From contig NMRA01000294.1 of assembly GCA_002633005.1 (NCBI GenBank), positions 426,948-490,947 on the forward strand: a stretch of DNA of 64,000 nucleotides, in the 5' to 3' direction. Shown here piece by piece: positions 25,680 through 37,800 of this stretch. Origin of the DNA: Phoronis australis (taxonomy: Eukaryota > Animalia > Phoronida). The translations under genes were made by a program, and so were the position numbers. Each line of letters opens with the position of its first letter. Position 1 is the first letter of the stretch. Under the pieces are notes generated by a model that was not told where the DNA came from, made no database searches, and saw only the letters and a list, made by a program, of their open reading frames with translations.

Positions 25680-26526
25680 CTAAATCGGATCATCTTCGAC
25701 GTCTCTTAGCGACTTCCTTAAATACTGTTTTCGCTGGTGTGTAACCATGAGTGTGAGTTCTGTGGAACTTGGACTGTAAGGTGAAGGCCTTCCTGTAGAA
25801 TCTTTGTAGGTTCTGGGAAAACCTTCGCCACGTCTCCTCCAGGTCTTAGGCAAAAACTTTTGTTGGTCAGAAGTACTCAACTCGGTACATAGTTTCGCAT
25901 GATTGCTTGTTCTTGCCATCGCCAGAGGTCGAGCGTTCACTTTGCACGCGATCACAAAGAACCTCCGAAATGCTTGTCGATACCGTTTACTGTACATGCA
26001 ATAAACCAACGGATTTGCACAACAACTTGACAAGCCTAACCACTGTACGTAAGGCACCACGACAAAGACCCAGGGTTCATCGTTGTAATAGTAAATAGTT
26101 GTGATGATGTACAGTGGTAACCACATAAAGATGAACAGCATTTCGACTGTAAGCGACATCTTTAGGACGTTCAATTTGGAACTCTCAATGACGTTGTTCC
26201 TGACCGATACGCCTGGCGCCGCTCTGTGGCAAATACGGATACCAATCATGGTATAGCAAGTGGTAATGATAAACGCTGGAATTGCGTAGCACACTAAAAC
26301 GGTGACGCCAAGAAAGTACTCACGTTTCTGATGGGGCAACGGCCATTTCTCGTAACAATGATAAATGACCTGGCCGTTGGGTTTCACTAATTGGTGTAAG
26401 TTGAAGTAAAGTATCCAGGGAACCATCACAGCCAAGGATGTCAACCAGATAACAGTTATAATCACCCTGGACGCCTTTCGGGATATGCGACGAAGACTTG
26501 GCAAGTGCTGACAGATCGCCAGGTAC
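25680..26526 (-). CDS. SIFamide/NPFF-receptor-like GPCR, distal terminal exon 3b (DRY, TM4-TM7, C-tail)
   Basis: attgtttAG|G TAC CTG GCG ATC TGT completes (D)R-Y-LAIC in phase 2. Open to the stop: VPWILYF, ECL2 Cys, CYAIP, WLPLY, QWLGLSSCCANPLVY. With exons 1-2 gives 412 aa. Confidence 0.88.
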
Positions 26527-26984
26527 CTAAACAATGACATGAAGCAGATTTGCACATGACAATGGCATAGAACGTGTACTACTATAAACCATAAAAATAA
26601 CTTGAAAACCTCTCATAACTGAAAATTTTCAAATTTAACACTTCTTGAGCAGCGACTTTCAACGGTCGTACACCTGGTAAACTGCACACGGCCATGTATC
26701 AAAAGCATAGTTGGTGACGTCAAAAAAGAATGTAAGATGACATCGTGAATCCATGAAATGGACCTGCGCTCTTCATGTCAGTGTGGCTTCCCAACATTTG
26801 TATTGTGTCTATACCGAGCGCGTGACTCGACGTTTCAGACTGCTCTGAACTCCGGCTTCCGGGTAGAGCCTCGCCACGAGAAAAATCTAGCTAACATTAT
26901 GTGCTCTCATTGAAAATGTGCACGACCATATCTTGCGAAATCTTGCGAGATCCTGCTTTCTAATGAGGAGCTATAGTTATTGAA

Positions 26985-27330
26985 TTACACCCGGTACCTA
27001 TACTCTGGCATTACTTGCAGTTTCAGCCTGTACTTTCGGCAATTAATAAAGTAACAAGTGTAGTGAGTATACCGTCCTATATCACCCAACACTGCTATAT
27101 TGGTACTATTACTTCCCACTCTTAAAATGAGCTTACAATATTTAACTTGAACACTTTCTGTCGCGCTGTATGGTTGAAAACCCCAATCCTCTGAAGCATA
27201 ATATAAGATAGGGTCTATGACTATATCAAGTAAATGTAAAGCCGTTACAGCGCACATGCTCTGAACATTTCTATCAAAACCAATTATACTGAACCTGGCC
27301 CTCTTAACCTTTAGTGACACTTCGTCGACA
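26985..27330 (-). mobile_element. RTE-X-like LINE ORF2 C-terminal fragment
   Basis: PILYYASEDWGF...ESVQVKYCKLILRV..NSTNIAVLGDIGRY...KYRLKL resembles the LxYGxEIWG...FCKxxLxV...TxNxAVxGELGR post-RT region. Confidence 0.7.
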
Positions 27331-27674
27331 TTACCAGGATAAGAGTAATGCGAAACTACTTTAATTTTAAAAATGGTTACAATGGGGAAGCACTCAATAA
27401 TTTTGAGGCCACGGCTGAATTTCAAGGGAGGGAATAAACAAATGGTCAGACTTCAAAACCACTAGTCCGGACTTCAAAACCAGTCGACTGGACTGCATAA
27501 CCAAATGGCCGGTGATCAAACGTGTTGTCTGGACTTCAACGCCATGGCCTCACCCAAAAAAACTAGTTGGCTGGACCCAAAACACGAAGGCCGGTGCTAT
27601 AACCAGGCGGCCGGTGATCAAACACGACGAGACCAGATCGCTTTGAATGTCTCGAAGGACTCAAGTGACTCCTA

Positions 27675-28821
27675 CAGCCGATTTCATAAAGGTGGTTTAA
27701 AGTTAAGCCTGGTTTAAACTGGACTTAGACCAGGTTTAAAGATAATCTGCATTTCATAAAGGTGGTTTAACTTTTAGACCAGTGGTCTAGTAAAAGTAGG
27801 TTTAACTCCAGTTTAGACCTGGTCTAAGTCAGTTTTCCTTTCACCAACGAGGTCTATATTCTTTAGACCTGTATTAAGATCTTAAACCATGTTTAACTTT
27901 AGACTTGTTCAGACCCAGGTTTAACTGTTAAATATGTCAGACTTGCATGGTATAGGTACAACTGAATGATGCCGCGGAGTGCATTTGCGACGCAGTTTTA
28001 GAGCGAAAATGGACTATTTTCAATATTCAGTTTTACTATGACACAAGATCAAGCGTAGCAGGGGCAGATTCAGGATTTTTGAAAGGGGGAGGGGATGGTC
28101 AAGGACTTGAAAGGGGGGCCAAGTCAACAATTTGAAAATTATATATTTAATATCACTAAAATCAAGGGAAAAAGGGGACTCCGGACCCCTTGACCCCGTG
28201 GATCCGCGTATGGGTAGACCACTACTTGCTCGAGTGTGTCCTGCAGATTTCTCAGAATACGACTGGTCGAGCAGGGCGTCATCGTGGTAAGCGCTACGGA
28301 TTTGACTAAAGACAGCATCTTCTGATTCTTCTGACTGAGTTCCACCTCCACTGTTCTCCGATATAATATTGCCAGGAAGGGGTCTTGCCCCCCCCCTTTG
28401 GCCGCGGAAAAGAAACTTTAAAATGACAAGGAAATAAATTTGGGCATTTAACATGTTACATCTAATCGGGAGCATGTTCTTTAATGTGTGTGTGTTGGGC
28501 ACAGAAATTACAGTTTTCCTTATGAGAAAAGCTTTTAGATGTTTTTCGTAAATGTCTGCACTGATTCTACTAGTGTATGCCATTGTATACCCACGTGATC
28601 AAGGTTTCATTGAAGCACTTCAATAGTTTCTTTGTTGGGTGCCTTTGATACTTTGAACCTGGTTTTACTCAACCAGCTCCCTGATCTAGCAAAACCAGGC
28701 TTTCAGACGCTTAAACCATGTTGGTGAAATGCAATTCAGGTCTAAAATTAGACCAGGTTTAGGAAGACCAGGTTTAAGTCTTAAACCTGGTTTTGTTAAA
28801 CCACCTTTATGAAATCGGCTG
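27675..28821. mobile_element. TIR element with 3-bp TSD nested in the foldback element
   Basis: Perfect TIR CAGCCGATTTCATAAAGGTGGTTTAA / TTAAACCACCTTTATGAAATCGGCTG; TSD CTA/CTA; subterminal AGACCAGGTTTAA repeats. PIF/Harbinger-like by inference. Confidence 0.85.
28059..28212. mobile_element. Short MITE with 5-bp TSD nested in 27675-28821
   Basis: CAGGGGCAGATTCAGG...GGATCCGCGTATG; flanks CGTAG/GGTAG. Confidence 0.7.
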
Positions 28822-31633
28822 CTAGTGTTTACTTCGTACCCGTTTGTTTTTGTGGTTCCAATCGGCGATTTGTTCGGCCGTTGTGTGTGAGCACCGGCCA
28901 ACCCGTTTTAGGTCCGGCAAACCAGATTTTTGGGGTGTAGTCATCTGGTTTCGAGGTACCGGTCAACATGTTTTGAGGTTCCACCACCACGTCAGAACAT
29001 CGGCCATTAGATTTTGCAGTTCAGCCAGCTGGTTTTGAAGTCCTGGCAAGTTTTTTTAAAGTCCCCCCCTTGAATTTAGCACCTCCCATTGGCAACTACC
29101 AGTTTGGCAGAGCATTTTGTCGTGTACTGCGTGCGTCCTCTGAACAGAAAATGATAATTCTAAACCCTTCGAACGATTTTTGCCCATTCGCGACTTTTCT
29201 GAAACCTCTAGTACAAGCAAGAGGGAAGTTGAAATTTAGCCATGGCGACACTTCAGATTTGTGAAAAAAATCGTCAGGTCGGCGTATGCTTTTCAACGGT
29301 GGTAGATTTTGGCACACTGAATACACCGTGTCTCCGCATGAGAATGATGGCTTTTGGGGATAATAACGGCTGATTTGATGCATTTTTCTCGCCTCTTAAG
29401 TAGCCGGCTGCACTAACAGTAATCGCCAAAGGTGCAAAAACTCATTTGGAATCAGTTTTATTGTTGTAAACCTATCATCATTATTGCACATTTCATTCGT
29501 GTTTCCATTCAGCGCGTCACTCATAAAAATCAATACTAATACTCAGTGGTTTGTCATGTTATAAAAATACTAGGAATTAATCTAGTGCAAGGCAATTACA
29601 TTTATATGCTCAGGCATTTACAACAATTTATTGGAGATAGTGAGTGTACGAGGCACCGACGGGAGAGCTAGTTACACTGTGTAAGGGACTTTTATATCAC
29701 TATAGGTATATCTTCAATTACACAAATCAATAGGCTCGGTGCTGTTGACTCGCAAAGCATTGCAAGTTTCACAATACATGATGAGCTCATTCGTTGAAAT
29801 ATCTAGTCATGCATCAATAATTGCAATAACGAATTTGGATTGTATGCACTGCATGAATAGATTAATTTGTGTCACTATTTGTACATTTAACTGTGGGGTT
29901 AAACAAAAATAAAATCTTGTTTACAACAATGTGTTTATTGTTTACTTCATAACCTTGTCAGACCAAAGTGTCCTTCCTCGGGATTATAAAGGGCAAATTA
30001 ATGGCAGCCAGTGATAAGATAAGACAAAATCAAAAGGTGTTTGTTAGCTCATCGTTATGAAAGGGAAGCCACCTATACCTGCTTCCCGTTCAGTAACACT
30101 AGGACCTCGCTAAAAAGCAAGACTTCACTAGATTACGTGAGATATTGCCGTGTATTTTAAATACGAACACTTGACTTTGACTAGATTTTAGCTAGGTCCT
30201 AGCGTACATGTAGGTCCTAACGTCTACTGAACGCACGCCTGCTTTGGTGCACTGAAGTAAAACAACGAGGGCGGCCATCTCGTAAGATATTCTAGAAAAT
30301 ATTTTGCGAGTAGGATAAAGGTCAGCACGATTCATGAAGTTCGATGGCTACCAGGGGGAACTCCACAATGTGGTATCGTATCTCCAAGTCTCTACAAACA
30401 GAATCGCGAACTGCCTTTCAGTGCAGTTAGTTTGTCATTACGTTGGCCACCGGCTGGTTGTTCAAGACTACATAGCTAGATGACATCGTCACATAGGTGT
30501 GAGAGTAGTTGGTGGTCACGTGACACATCAACTCATTTCTCTGACTCCGGCAAGTAAGTGTGCAAAAATGTCAATTAATTGGTCCAGTCTCATCAAGTTT
30601 ACGTAACTATGGAAAAGCATGACCTATACAAGTGTCTTTGAGCATATTTCACCAGCTGTCGCACTCACCAAGAACAGTTTAATCATAATGTGACGGCAAA
30701 ACCGTGAGTGGGCTACAGACAACATGTTCGTTGTTTGGGCTAGCCAACTAACTTCTAGCCACGATTTCTTCGAAAAGAGCAGACGGATTTTGTCGGTGCT
30801 TGAATTTTCAGACAGCACGATCATTCAATACGAAAACCGATTTTCGATTATAGGTTCATTGATTTTTTTTCTGTTTGATTTAGGATTGTTGTTGTTCTTG
30901 AAAAGGTGATTGCAAAAAGGGATATTTTCCAGATTAAAAAACAGTTCGTTTTATTCAAAATCCCAGGCGCGGTTTTGGAGCAAAATGCCAAAGTTTTATC
31001 ATCCAAAGTCTTAATAATGAAGGTTAAAGGATCAAAATTTTATTACCTTTCAAAAATAGATTTTTTTCACCTAAACCGCTGATTAACGGGACCCCAACAA
31101 TGGCACAATGTTGTGAATGACATAGGTGAGTTTGTTTTGGCTTCTACTTTCAGAAAATATAATATATTTTATACATTGATGGGTTGACAGCGGCTAGTTA
31201 ATAAGATATTTTGGGATAAATATAGCATAGCAATTAGGAGTACACGTGATTTAATCACAGTTCTTTCTACAACTGGTACAAGTGTAGTTACAGGAAATTA
31301 ACGATCATGAAGTTGATGAACAAAAAGTTTCATTAGAGTTATATTTAATGGATGTTGGGTAATCAATTAGTTACTAAATACAATCAATCTCTCTCCACCC
31401 ACACACAGTCACAAAACAGTGTTACAAGACCACAGTCTTATAGTAATGAGTCTTGCGCTGCACTCACTTCGTCAAACTCGGCTTTCCAAATTAAATTACA
31501 ATATTAAAGCTATTCATTTCATTGTACAAATTCGGCCACAGCCCGAAGGCTATCATTTGGTATCAAAGTCGTTGAAAACTGCGATTTGCTGTTTGTTGTC
31601 AGTATTCTTCTTTGGTGTCTTTTGCCAGTTTTA

Positions 31634-32128
31634 ACAAGGGAGGAATCAACAAATGGTCGGACTTCAAAACCACTTGCCCGGACTTCGAAACCACCTAGCT
31701 GAACTGCAAAACCAAATGGCCGGTGTTCTAACTTGGTGGTTGGACCTTAAAACAGGTTGGCCGGTACTTCAAAACCAGATGACCTCACCAAAAAAATCTG
31801 GTTGGCCGGACCTAAAACGTGGTGGCCGGTTCTCAAACACAGTGACCGCCGATTTTGAACAAAACAAAAAAAACGGGTACGAAAAAACACTAGATGTCCC
31901 TTGAATCCATCGAGCCAATCAAAGAGAGTCTCTAAGTAAGTCCGGCCGTCGGGTTTGGTCGCCGGCCAACTGGTTATAGCATCGGTTATCGTGTTTTGGG
32001 TCCAGCCAACTAATTTTTGAGTGAGACCATCGCGCTTTGAAATCCGGTAGAAACGTTTGAACACCTGCCATTTGATTTTGCCGTCCAGATGACTAGTTTT
32101 GAAGTCCGACCATTTGTGGACTCCTTGA
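31634..32128. mobile_element. Foldback-type element, uninterrupted copy, just 3' of GPCR exon 3a
   Basis: CAAGGGAGGAATCAACAAATGGTCGGACTTCAAAAC...GTTTTGAAGTCCGACCATTTGTGGACTCCTTG inverted ends with internal repeat units. Confidence 0.8.
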
Positions 32129-32183
32129 GTAATCACATTTCTTGTTTCATTATAATCCCAAAAGTCGATTCCAATCGATAACT

Positions 32184-32949
32184 TTAAAGGTGCAAGCTTT
32201 TCTTTGATTGAGAAAAGCCATTGTCGCTGTTAGTGAGTTCGTTTCCGTTTAAACAGTATCTCTCTTTTAGCAGCGATGACTTTTCGGCCTTTGAGTTCAC
32301 AACGACGCTCGTGGGTTGACGTGTTTTTAGGGGCTGCGCACGTGACACGGACACGTTCTCCAGGGAATAGGTCTTGGAGCACGTCATGGTTCTTTTGAAT
32401 CCCTGACGGTATTTCTTGCTGAAACATCCATACACTAGAGGATTAACACAACAACTTGAGAGGCCAAGCCACTGAACGAAGGGCACTAAATTAAGTAGTG
32501 TTGGAGACGGGTTCGAGTCTCCTAATATCACAAAGCCGGATATTACGTACAGTGGCAACCAACAGAGTGCAAAGAGAAGCACGACGGTTATGAGCATCTT
32601 CAGAACGCGAAGTTTTGATCTATGTACAACATCCGCAGAATCTTGAACGCCGGGCACTTCACGGCGACAAATTTTCACGCCAATCATGGCATAGCACATG
32701 GAAATCATCAACAAGGGGATAGCATAACATATAAGAAGAATTACACCAAGAAAGTAAGCTCGTTTTCCCGGCCATTCACTCTCGTTGCACGCATAATAGG
32801 TACCGAGTTCATCTTGGTACGTGCTCAGTTTGAAGAAAACCAGCCAAGGTGAGATGATGGCAGCAGAACCAATCCAAATACATATGATGATTACTTTCGA
32901 TGCTTTCGCCGAGATGTGCAACCGAAGGGTCCAACATATTGCAAGGTAC
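32184..32949 (-). CDS. SIFamide/NPFF-receptor-like GPCR, proximal terminal exon 3a (DRY, TM4-TM7, C-tail)
   Basis: catttcAG|G TAC CTT GCA ATA TGT, phase 2; SPWLVFF, ECL2 Cys, CYAIP, FALCWLPLY, QWLGLSSCCVNPLVY, FSKKYRQGF. With exons 1-2 gives 385 aa. Confidence 0.92.
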
Positions 32950-33354
32950 CTGAAATGGTGGGTGTATTAGATGGGTACATGTATGCTAAAGCGTTAGTGT
33001 TGTTGCATTTCAAACGTTTTGATGACACCAGTCCACAGCATGCCAACATATTGCAGCTACCAAAGCGCAGTAAGCAATTCATAGAATTTACATTTTTGTC
33101 GTTTTAGTTTTATCCAAAGTGTTCTTAAAAGACGTTTAAATTGTTTCTTCACATAAAAAGCAACCGCGTTTCTTTCTAAAAGTTTGTGATATTTCTTTCT
33201 ATTATTTAGACTTGAAAGTGCGATATTCAGATTTGAAGGAAATGACTCATGTACAGAGGTAGATTATTCGAAATCCACTTTTTCCATGAAACACACATTT
33301 AGCCAATCACATCTCTCCAATTGTGAGTTTTGTATGAATATGGGCTCAAAAATT

Positions 33355-33852
33355 TTCAGGAAATTGTCATAAATTCTGTAAAATTTATCTGTCATTCTCT
33401 CTCACTTGTAAATCATCGATCTTCAGTGTAAATGTGGATAACATGTCGGGATCCTTTGACTTGGACATTATACCCAGTAACCAGGGGTAACCTACTTTAG
33501 CCGACGATATTTTCACGGTGGAAGTTTAGCGTGATAAAATGAGTACAGGCAGTAAGCAAGACTGGCTGCTTAAAACTTATTTCATAGATTTATTTTATTT
33601 CTATTCTGTTTAAATTTTGAATTGGTTTTGAGAAAAAAAATATTTTAACGAGAATTCCTTGGCGTTTCTTAAAAGATCACGACCTCAGACCCCGGACCTC
33701 TGACTCAGAAAGTAGTAACTAAGTGCAAGCGAGTCGAGAAAGATAGACCGATTCATTACAATGTTTATCGTTCAGTATGTGTTAACGCCCCTCAGGCGAT
33801 CATTCTCCAAATTCCACCTCGGGATAACGACTTCGCCATGTAATAATCTACA
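33355..33852. repeat. Dispersed repeat copy (inverted relative to 39275-39845) with collapsed terminal palindrome
   Basis: For example, TTGTAAATCATCGATCT and GTCGGGATCCTT are reverse complements of motifs at 39720-39780; ends CATGTAATAATCTA. Confidence 0.75.
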
Positions 33853-34480
33853 TTTATTTCGCGCTATCATGGGAACATTTAAACTTTTTGTTTCGTTTAC
33901 GTGAAATACGACCGCCTTTGATGTTCGGAGGTACACAGTAACTGGCGAACCCTAGTATCGAATGATAGTGTTAGTGATCGTGAGTAGTCAGTCCTAGACG
34001 TCTTTGTATCACAAGGCATGAGCTTCGTCCTCCAGACAGACGTCATAGAGTCACAATTTCACATATCTTGGTTGAATTACGGCCACTACTGCTTGCCGTT
34101 AGCCTTCAATGTAAACTTTATTGTGTTTTTTCTCCAGTTAAAAAAATTGAGCGTAAAGGCTGGAGTATGAAATAACGAGCGAAAAATACGTGCAATTCTT
34201 GAGAGCTCACGTGACCTACTAATCAACTTTTCATTGGATGTAACGATTAAGGTGATATAACGCGAGCAAAGTCTCAGCCCAGTTGACCTATCGCAAGCTC
34301 CGCCCCCTTGCAAAATGTCGACAGACAAACAATAAATTTTACACGGTAACGAATTGTTTGTCGGGTAAAATGGCGACTTGGAAACAAGGGTATGTCAAGA
34401 ATGCTTCGTTGTGATTGGTCAGTTAAGCCGTCACTCAAACTTCTGGCGATAGGTCACGGCGACATTTCCCCACGAATGGC

Positions 34481-34548
34481 CCATGATATAGTTCAGCGGT
34501 AGTGTGTGCAGATGCTATTGCTGAGGGTTCGATTCCGCTCACGGCTGA
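34481..34548 (+). repeat. tRNA-derived SINE-head-like sequence
   Basis: A box TAGTTCAGCGG, B box GGTTCGATTCC. Confidence 0.5.
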
Positions 34549-34624
34549 TTTATGCATTATTGCTCGCCGAGATTGTCCCTTTAATTTGCCATGCGTTATT
34601 ATCATGCCTTGATAGGACGCACAT

Positions 34625-34815
34625 GTGCGCACACACTCAGTGCAAAAGTATTCACTATGCATACAGTGCGCACACACTCAGTGCGGAAGTATTCATTATG
34701 CATACAGCACTTGTTTTAATGCGGCATTAACCAATTACACGTTTACTAATATTACTAATATTACTAATACTACTAATATTACTAATACTACTAATACTAC
34801 TAACATTACTAATAT
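34625..34815. repeat. Two-copy ~41-bp tandem duplication followed by (ACTAATATT/ACT)n simple repeat
   Basis: Directly visible. Confidence 0.85.
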
Positions 34816-37800
34816 CAAACAATCCTTTCTTATGTTCCACGATTTACGTGATAAACGAATCGTGCAATTTTTTCCCAATGGCACTCTTTTTTACGAAAAT
34901 TGGTCATAGTTTCTGGGACAAAATGGCAAATCAGTTAATTGACGTTATGGCTATCTCTGGATCCTAATACAATGTGGGAATAGGCGACTGGATTTCTTTT
35001 GAAGCAAATAAAGTGAATCTATCTATTTTGTAGGGGTACATTATTTGGCATTAGTTTTATGTTTATTAGCAAAGTCAAGCAATCAATAAAAGTCTTGCCA
35101 AAACAAAGTGTGCAATGTCATTATGATTTTCCTGATTTACGAGCAGTGTGTATGTCGATCTCCAATCGTATCTTCTACTCCATTAACATTGCATTTTAAT
35201 GCGTTGTTAACATTTGGAACAATCAACTTAGCCACGTGCAGCACGATCTTAAAAACAAGTAAATGCCTCTGGAGACAGTTAGGACTTGCTCTAATACTGT
35301 TAAGTGGCGTTCCTAATTTGTCGTGTTTACACGGGGAGATTAGAATTCATAAAGAGTACTTCTGTGGTTCGTTTTTTTCTGTGGCAAAATTTGATTTATT
35401 CTAGCTGCCAGCGGACTTTCTTGGGCCTTGGACTTGTCTCAGCATGTGGTTCTGTTTTAACTTACTAGCAGATATTAGCTGCGTCAATTTCAATAAATCG
35501 TCAAGACTGCACAATTCTTTACAAGTCTCGGCAAAGATTTGGACTAAAGTTGTAACCCTTCCACAACCAGGCAAACGCTTTGGAAGGACGTAAATCGAGG
35601 ACGTTTAAAGACCGAAGCAGATCCAAACGACAACGAAGAGGGGGAAGTGCTTTTGCTGAAAAGAGTGTTTTAGCTCTCAGTGCACTGCAAGTACTAAATA
35701 CACGTTAACAGATGAAAGGAGTTAGTTTGGGGCAAAATTGCTAAACAGGGTTTTTAAAATATCATTTTAAATGGCAAATTCACATCAGGAAGTTGGTATG
35801 CTGTACAGTATTCGCTCTGTAGTAATCTGTTCTTCGGAAAGGCTCGTTATGAAACTTACCACAAAGTAAAATAATCTGTAAATTTATGAAAAATTAGTGG
35901 GGAATAATAAACCAACCTTAAACAAGTGGCCTATTATCATTTGAACTGATGTAGTTTAGGCTATGCACTTTGCCACTTGGAAAAATTTTCAAAAACGGTT
36001 AAAACGATCGGGAAGATAATCAACAGAAACAATAATACGTCGAGTCAGTGATGGCTCTGTGGGCTGAAAAGAGCTCATTGTATTGGTATTTCTCTGTTGC
36101 AAATTTGGTGTTTGAGGTTCGGTAAACTTTTTGGTTTTGTATGGTTTACATAATAGAATGGTCACCCTAAATTGCGTCTGTCAATGGAATAACACGAATA
36201 GATTTGACAAATTGTGCTAACATAGCAAGACAGCTGGGAAATTGCACAAACCATAGTGGCCATAGTTTCGACACTTCACTCAAGCTAATAATTCCAGCCA
36301 ATCGGGTCGCGGGAACTTATAAACGCAAGGATATATAGTCCACCGTGTTAGGTCCCCAAGCATTGGTTGTAAAGATGGTTTAACGATGAACTTGGAACAC
36401 TTCCAATGCTGGTCAACGGTATATAGAGAGCAACAAAAGGAAATAACTGCTGTTGAAAAAAGTAGAAAAATACACGAACAGATGAATATATGTCTGACGT
36501 GCGTTCTGTACGAGAAAAGTAACAACTCGCAAGACTTCTCGAGATATCAGTTGCCATGTATTGCAAGCCAAGCACGTGATCACACTAGCTTAAAATTCTT
36601 GGATCTACCATACTCTAAACTGGATAAATCGTAGAATCTATTATCGAGTAAGTCTGGACAAACAAGGCAAAGTGAGCGAAAATTGTCTTCACAACGTTTC
36701 GCAAATATTTGTATTTTATTTCTGTTAAAACGGAACATGTATCTTATGCGAATCAACGCGTGGGTCTATGAATGTGGACGGTTTCGTAACTCACGGAAAC
36801 TTCAACCAAGACACTTAACAGTAGACTCCTGGACTCAAAATCTTTCAAATGTAGTCAAATTGCCTGGAAGTAGTTTTTCTCACTACAATTTGGGCCATCA
36901 AAGATCTTTCCGTAGCAGACACCAAATCTTGTTGTGGAACTTAACCCCTTCATACCAATGTCACACACATGCTTGAATTCGGTTATCATCAATTTTGTAT
37001 GATATCTTAAGTATTTCGTCTTCAATTTGTGTACTTTCAATCAAGAAATAGACGCAAAAAATAACAAATTAAATTTTTTGTGACGTTATCGGTGGTTCCG
37101 GTCTCCGCCATTGTGTTGTTCTGCACCAGCCCCGAGCCGTAGTGGTATCGAAAACAGAGTTCGAATGAGTATAATGAAAAATTGCATATGCGGAGGAATA
37201 ATTTTGGAACAGACAAGGCAGAAACGAGTATCATTTACCATAAATAAAATCCAGTTAGCATCACTATAATTAGATGTCATCGTTCCTGACAAAGGCACTC
37301 GGCATTCGATGAAACGAAATCAGTGTCCGTCATTCGCGAGTGGGCTTTGACAGATCGGTTAGATTTACAGTTCGAGACACATAATAATAATAGACACCCC
37401 ATCTCCTTACATGTCTTCATAATACTCGTCAAGCTCGCTCTCTTAGTCTTCGGAACTTACACAATCACTACTACCCGCCATTGCATGTATACTGTCAACT
37501 GATCAACGTCTTCCACTGATGAAATCACGTTGCGGTAAACAAAAAATCTGTTCATTAATTTTTCTTCAGAGTTCAAAATTCCTCAACTGCTTCGCAAAAT
37601 AAGTGCTTGTTAAGTTAAATTTCATGTTATAAAGTTATTATACAAGGTATAAAACCTCAAAAGTGCAAAAATCCATTTAGGAACGCTTTAAAGAGTGAAA
37701 TGAGAAACAACTACTGCTCCGACCGCGTCTGTTTGAATGGATCAGACACCCGCATGGATGAAGGTTGGCGTGTCAAGGGGATATGAATAGGTTCAAAGAC

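Larger units (their letters stand above)
27420..29078. mobile_element. Foldback-type non-autonomous element (GGACTTCAAAACC subterminal repeats), interrupted by a nested insertion
   Basis: Arms made of repeated GGACTTCAAAACCA-like units and their reverse complement; homologous to the uninterrupted copy at 31634-32128; exact ends uncertain. Confidence 0.75.

Noticed and set aside
25680-32949. Exons 3a and 3b as standalone intronless or truncated GPCR genes using the ORF-track starts
   Set aside because: The ORF-track starts are non-ATG or intronic; homology begins exactly at an AG acceptor in the DRY codon, matching the phase of exon 2.
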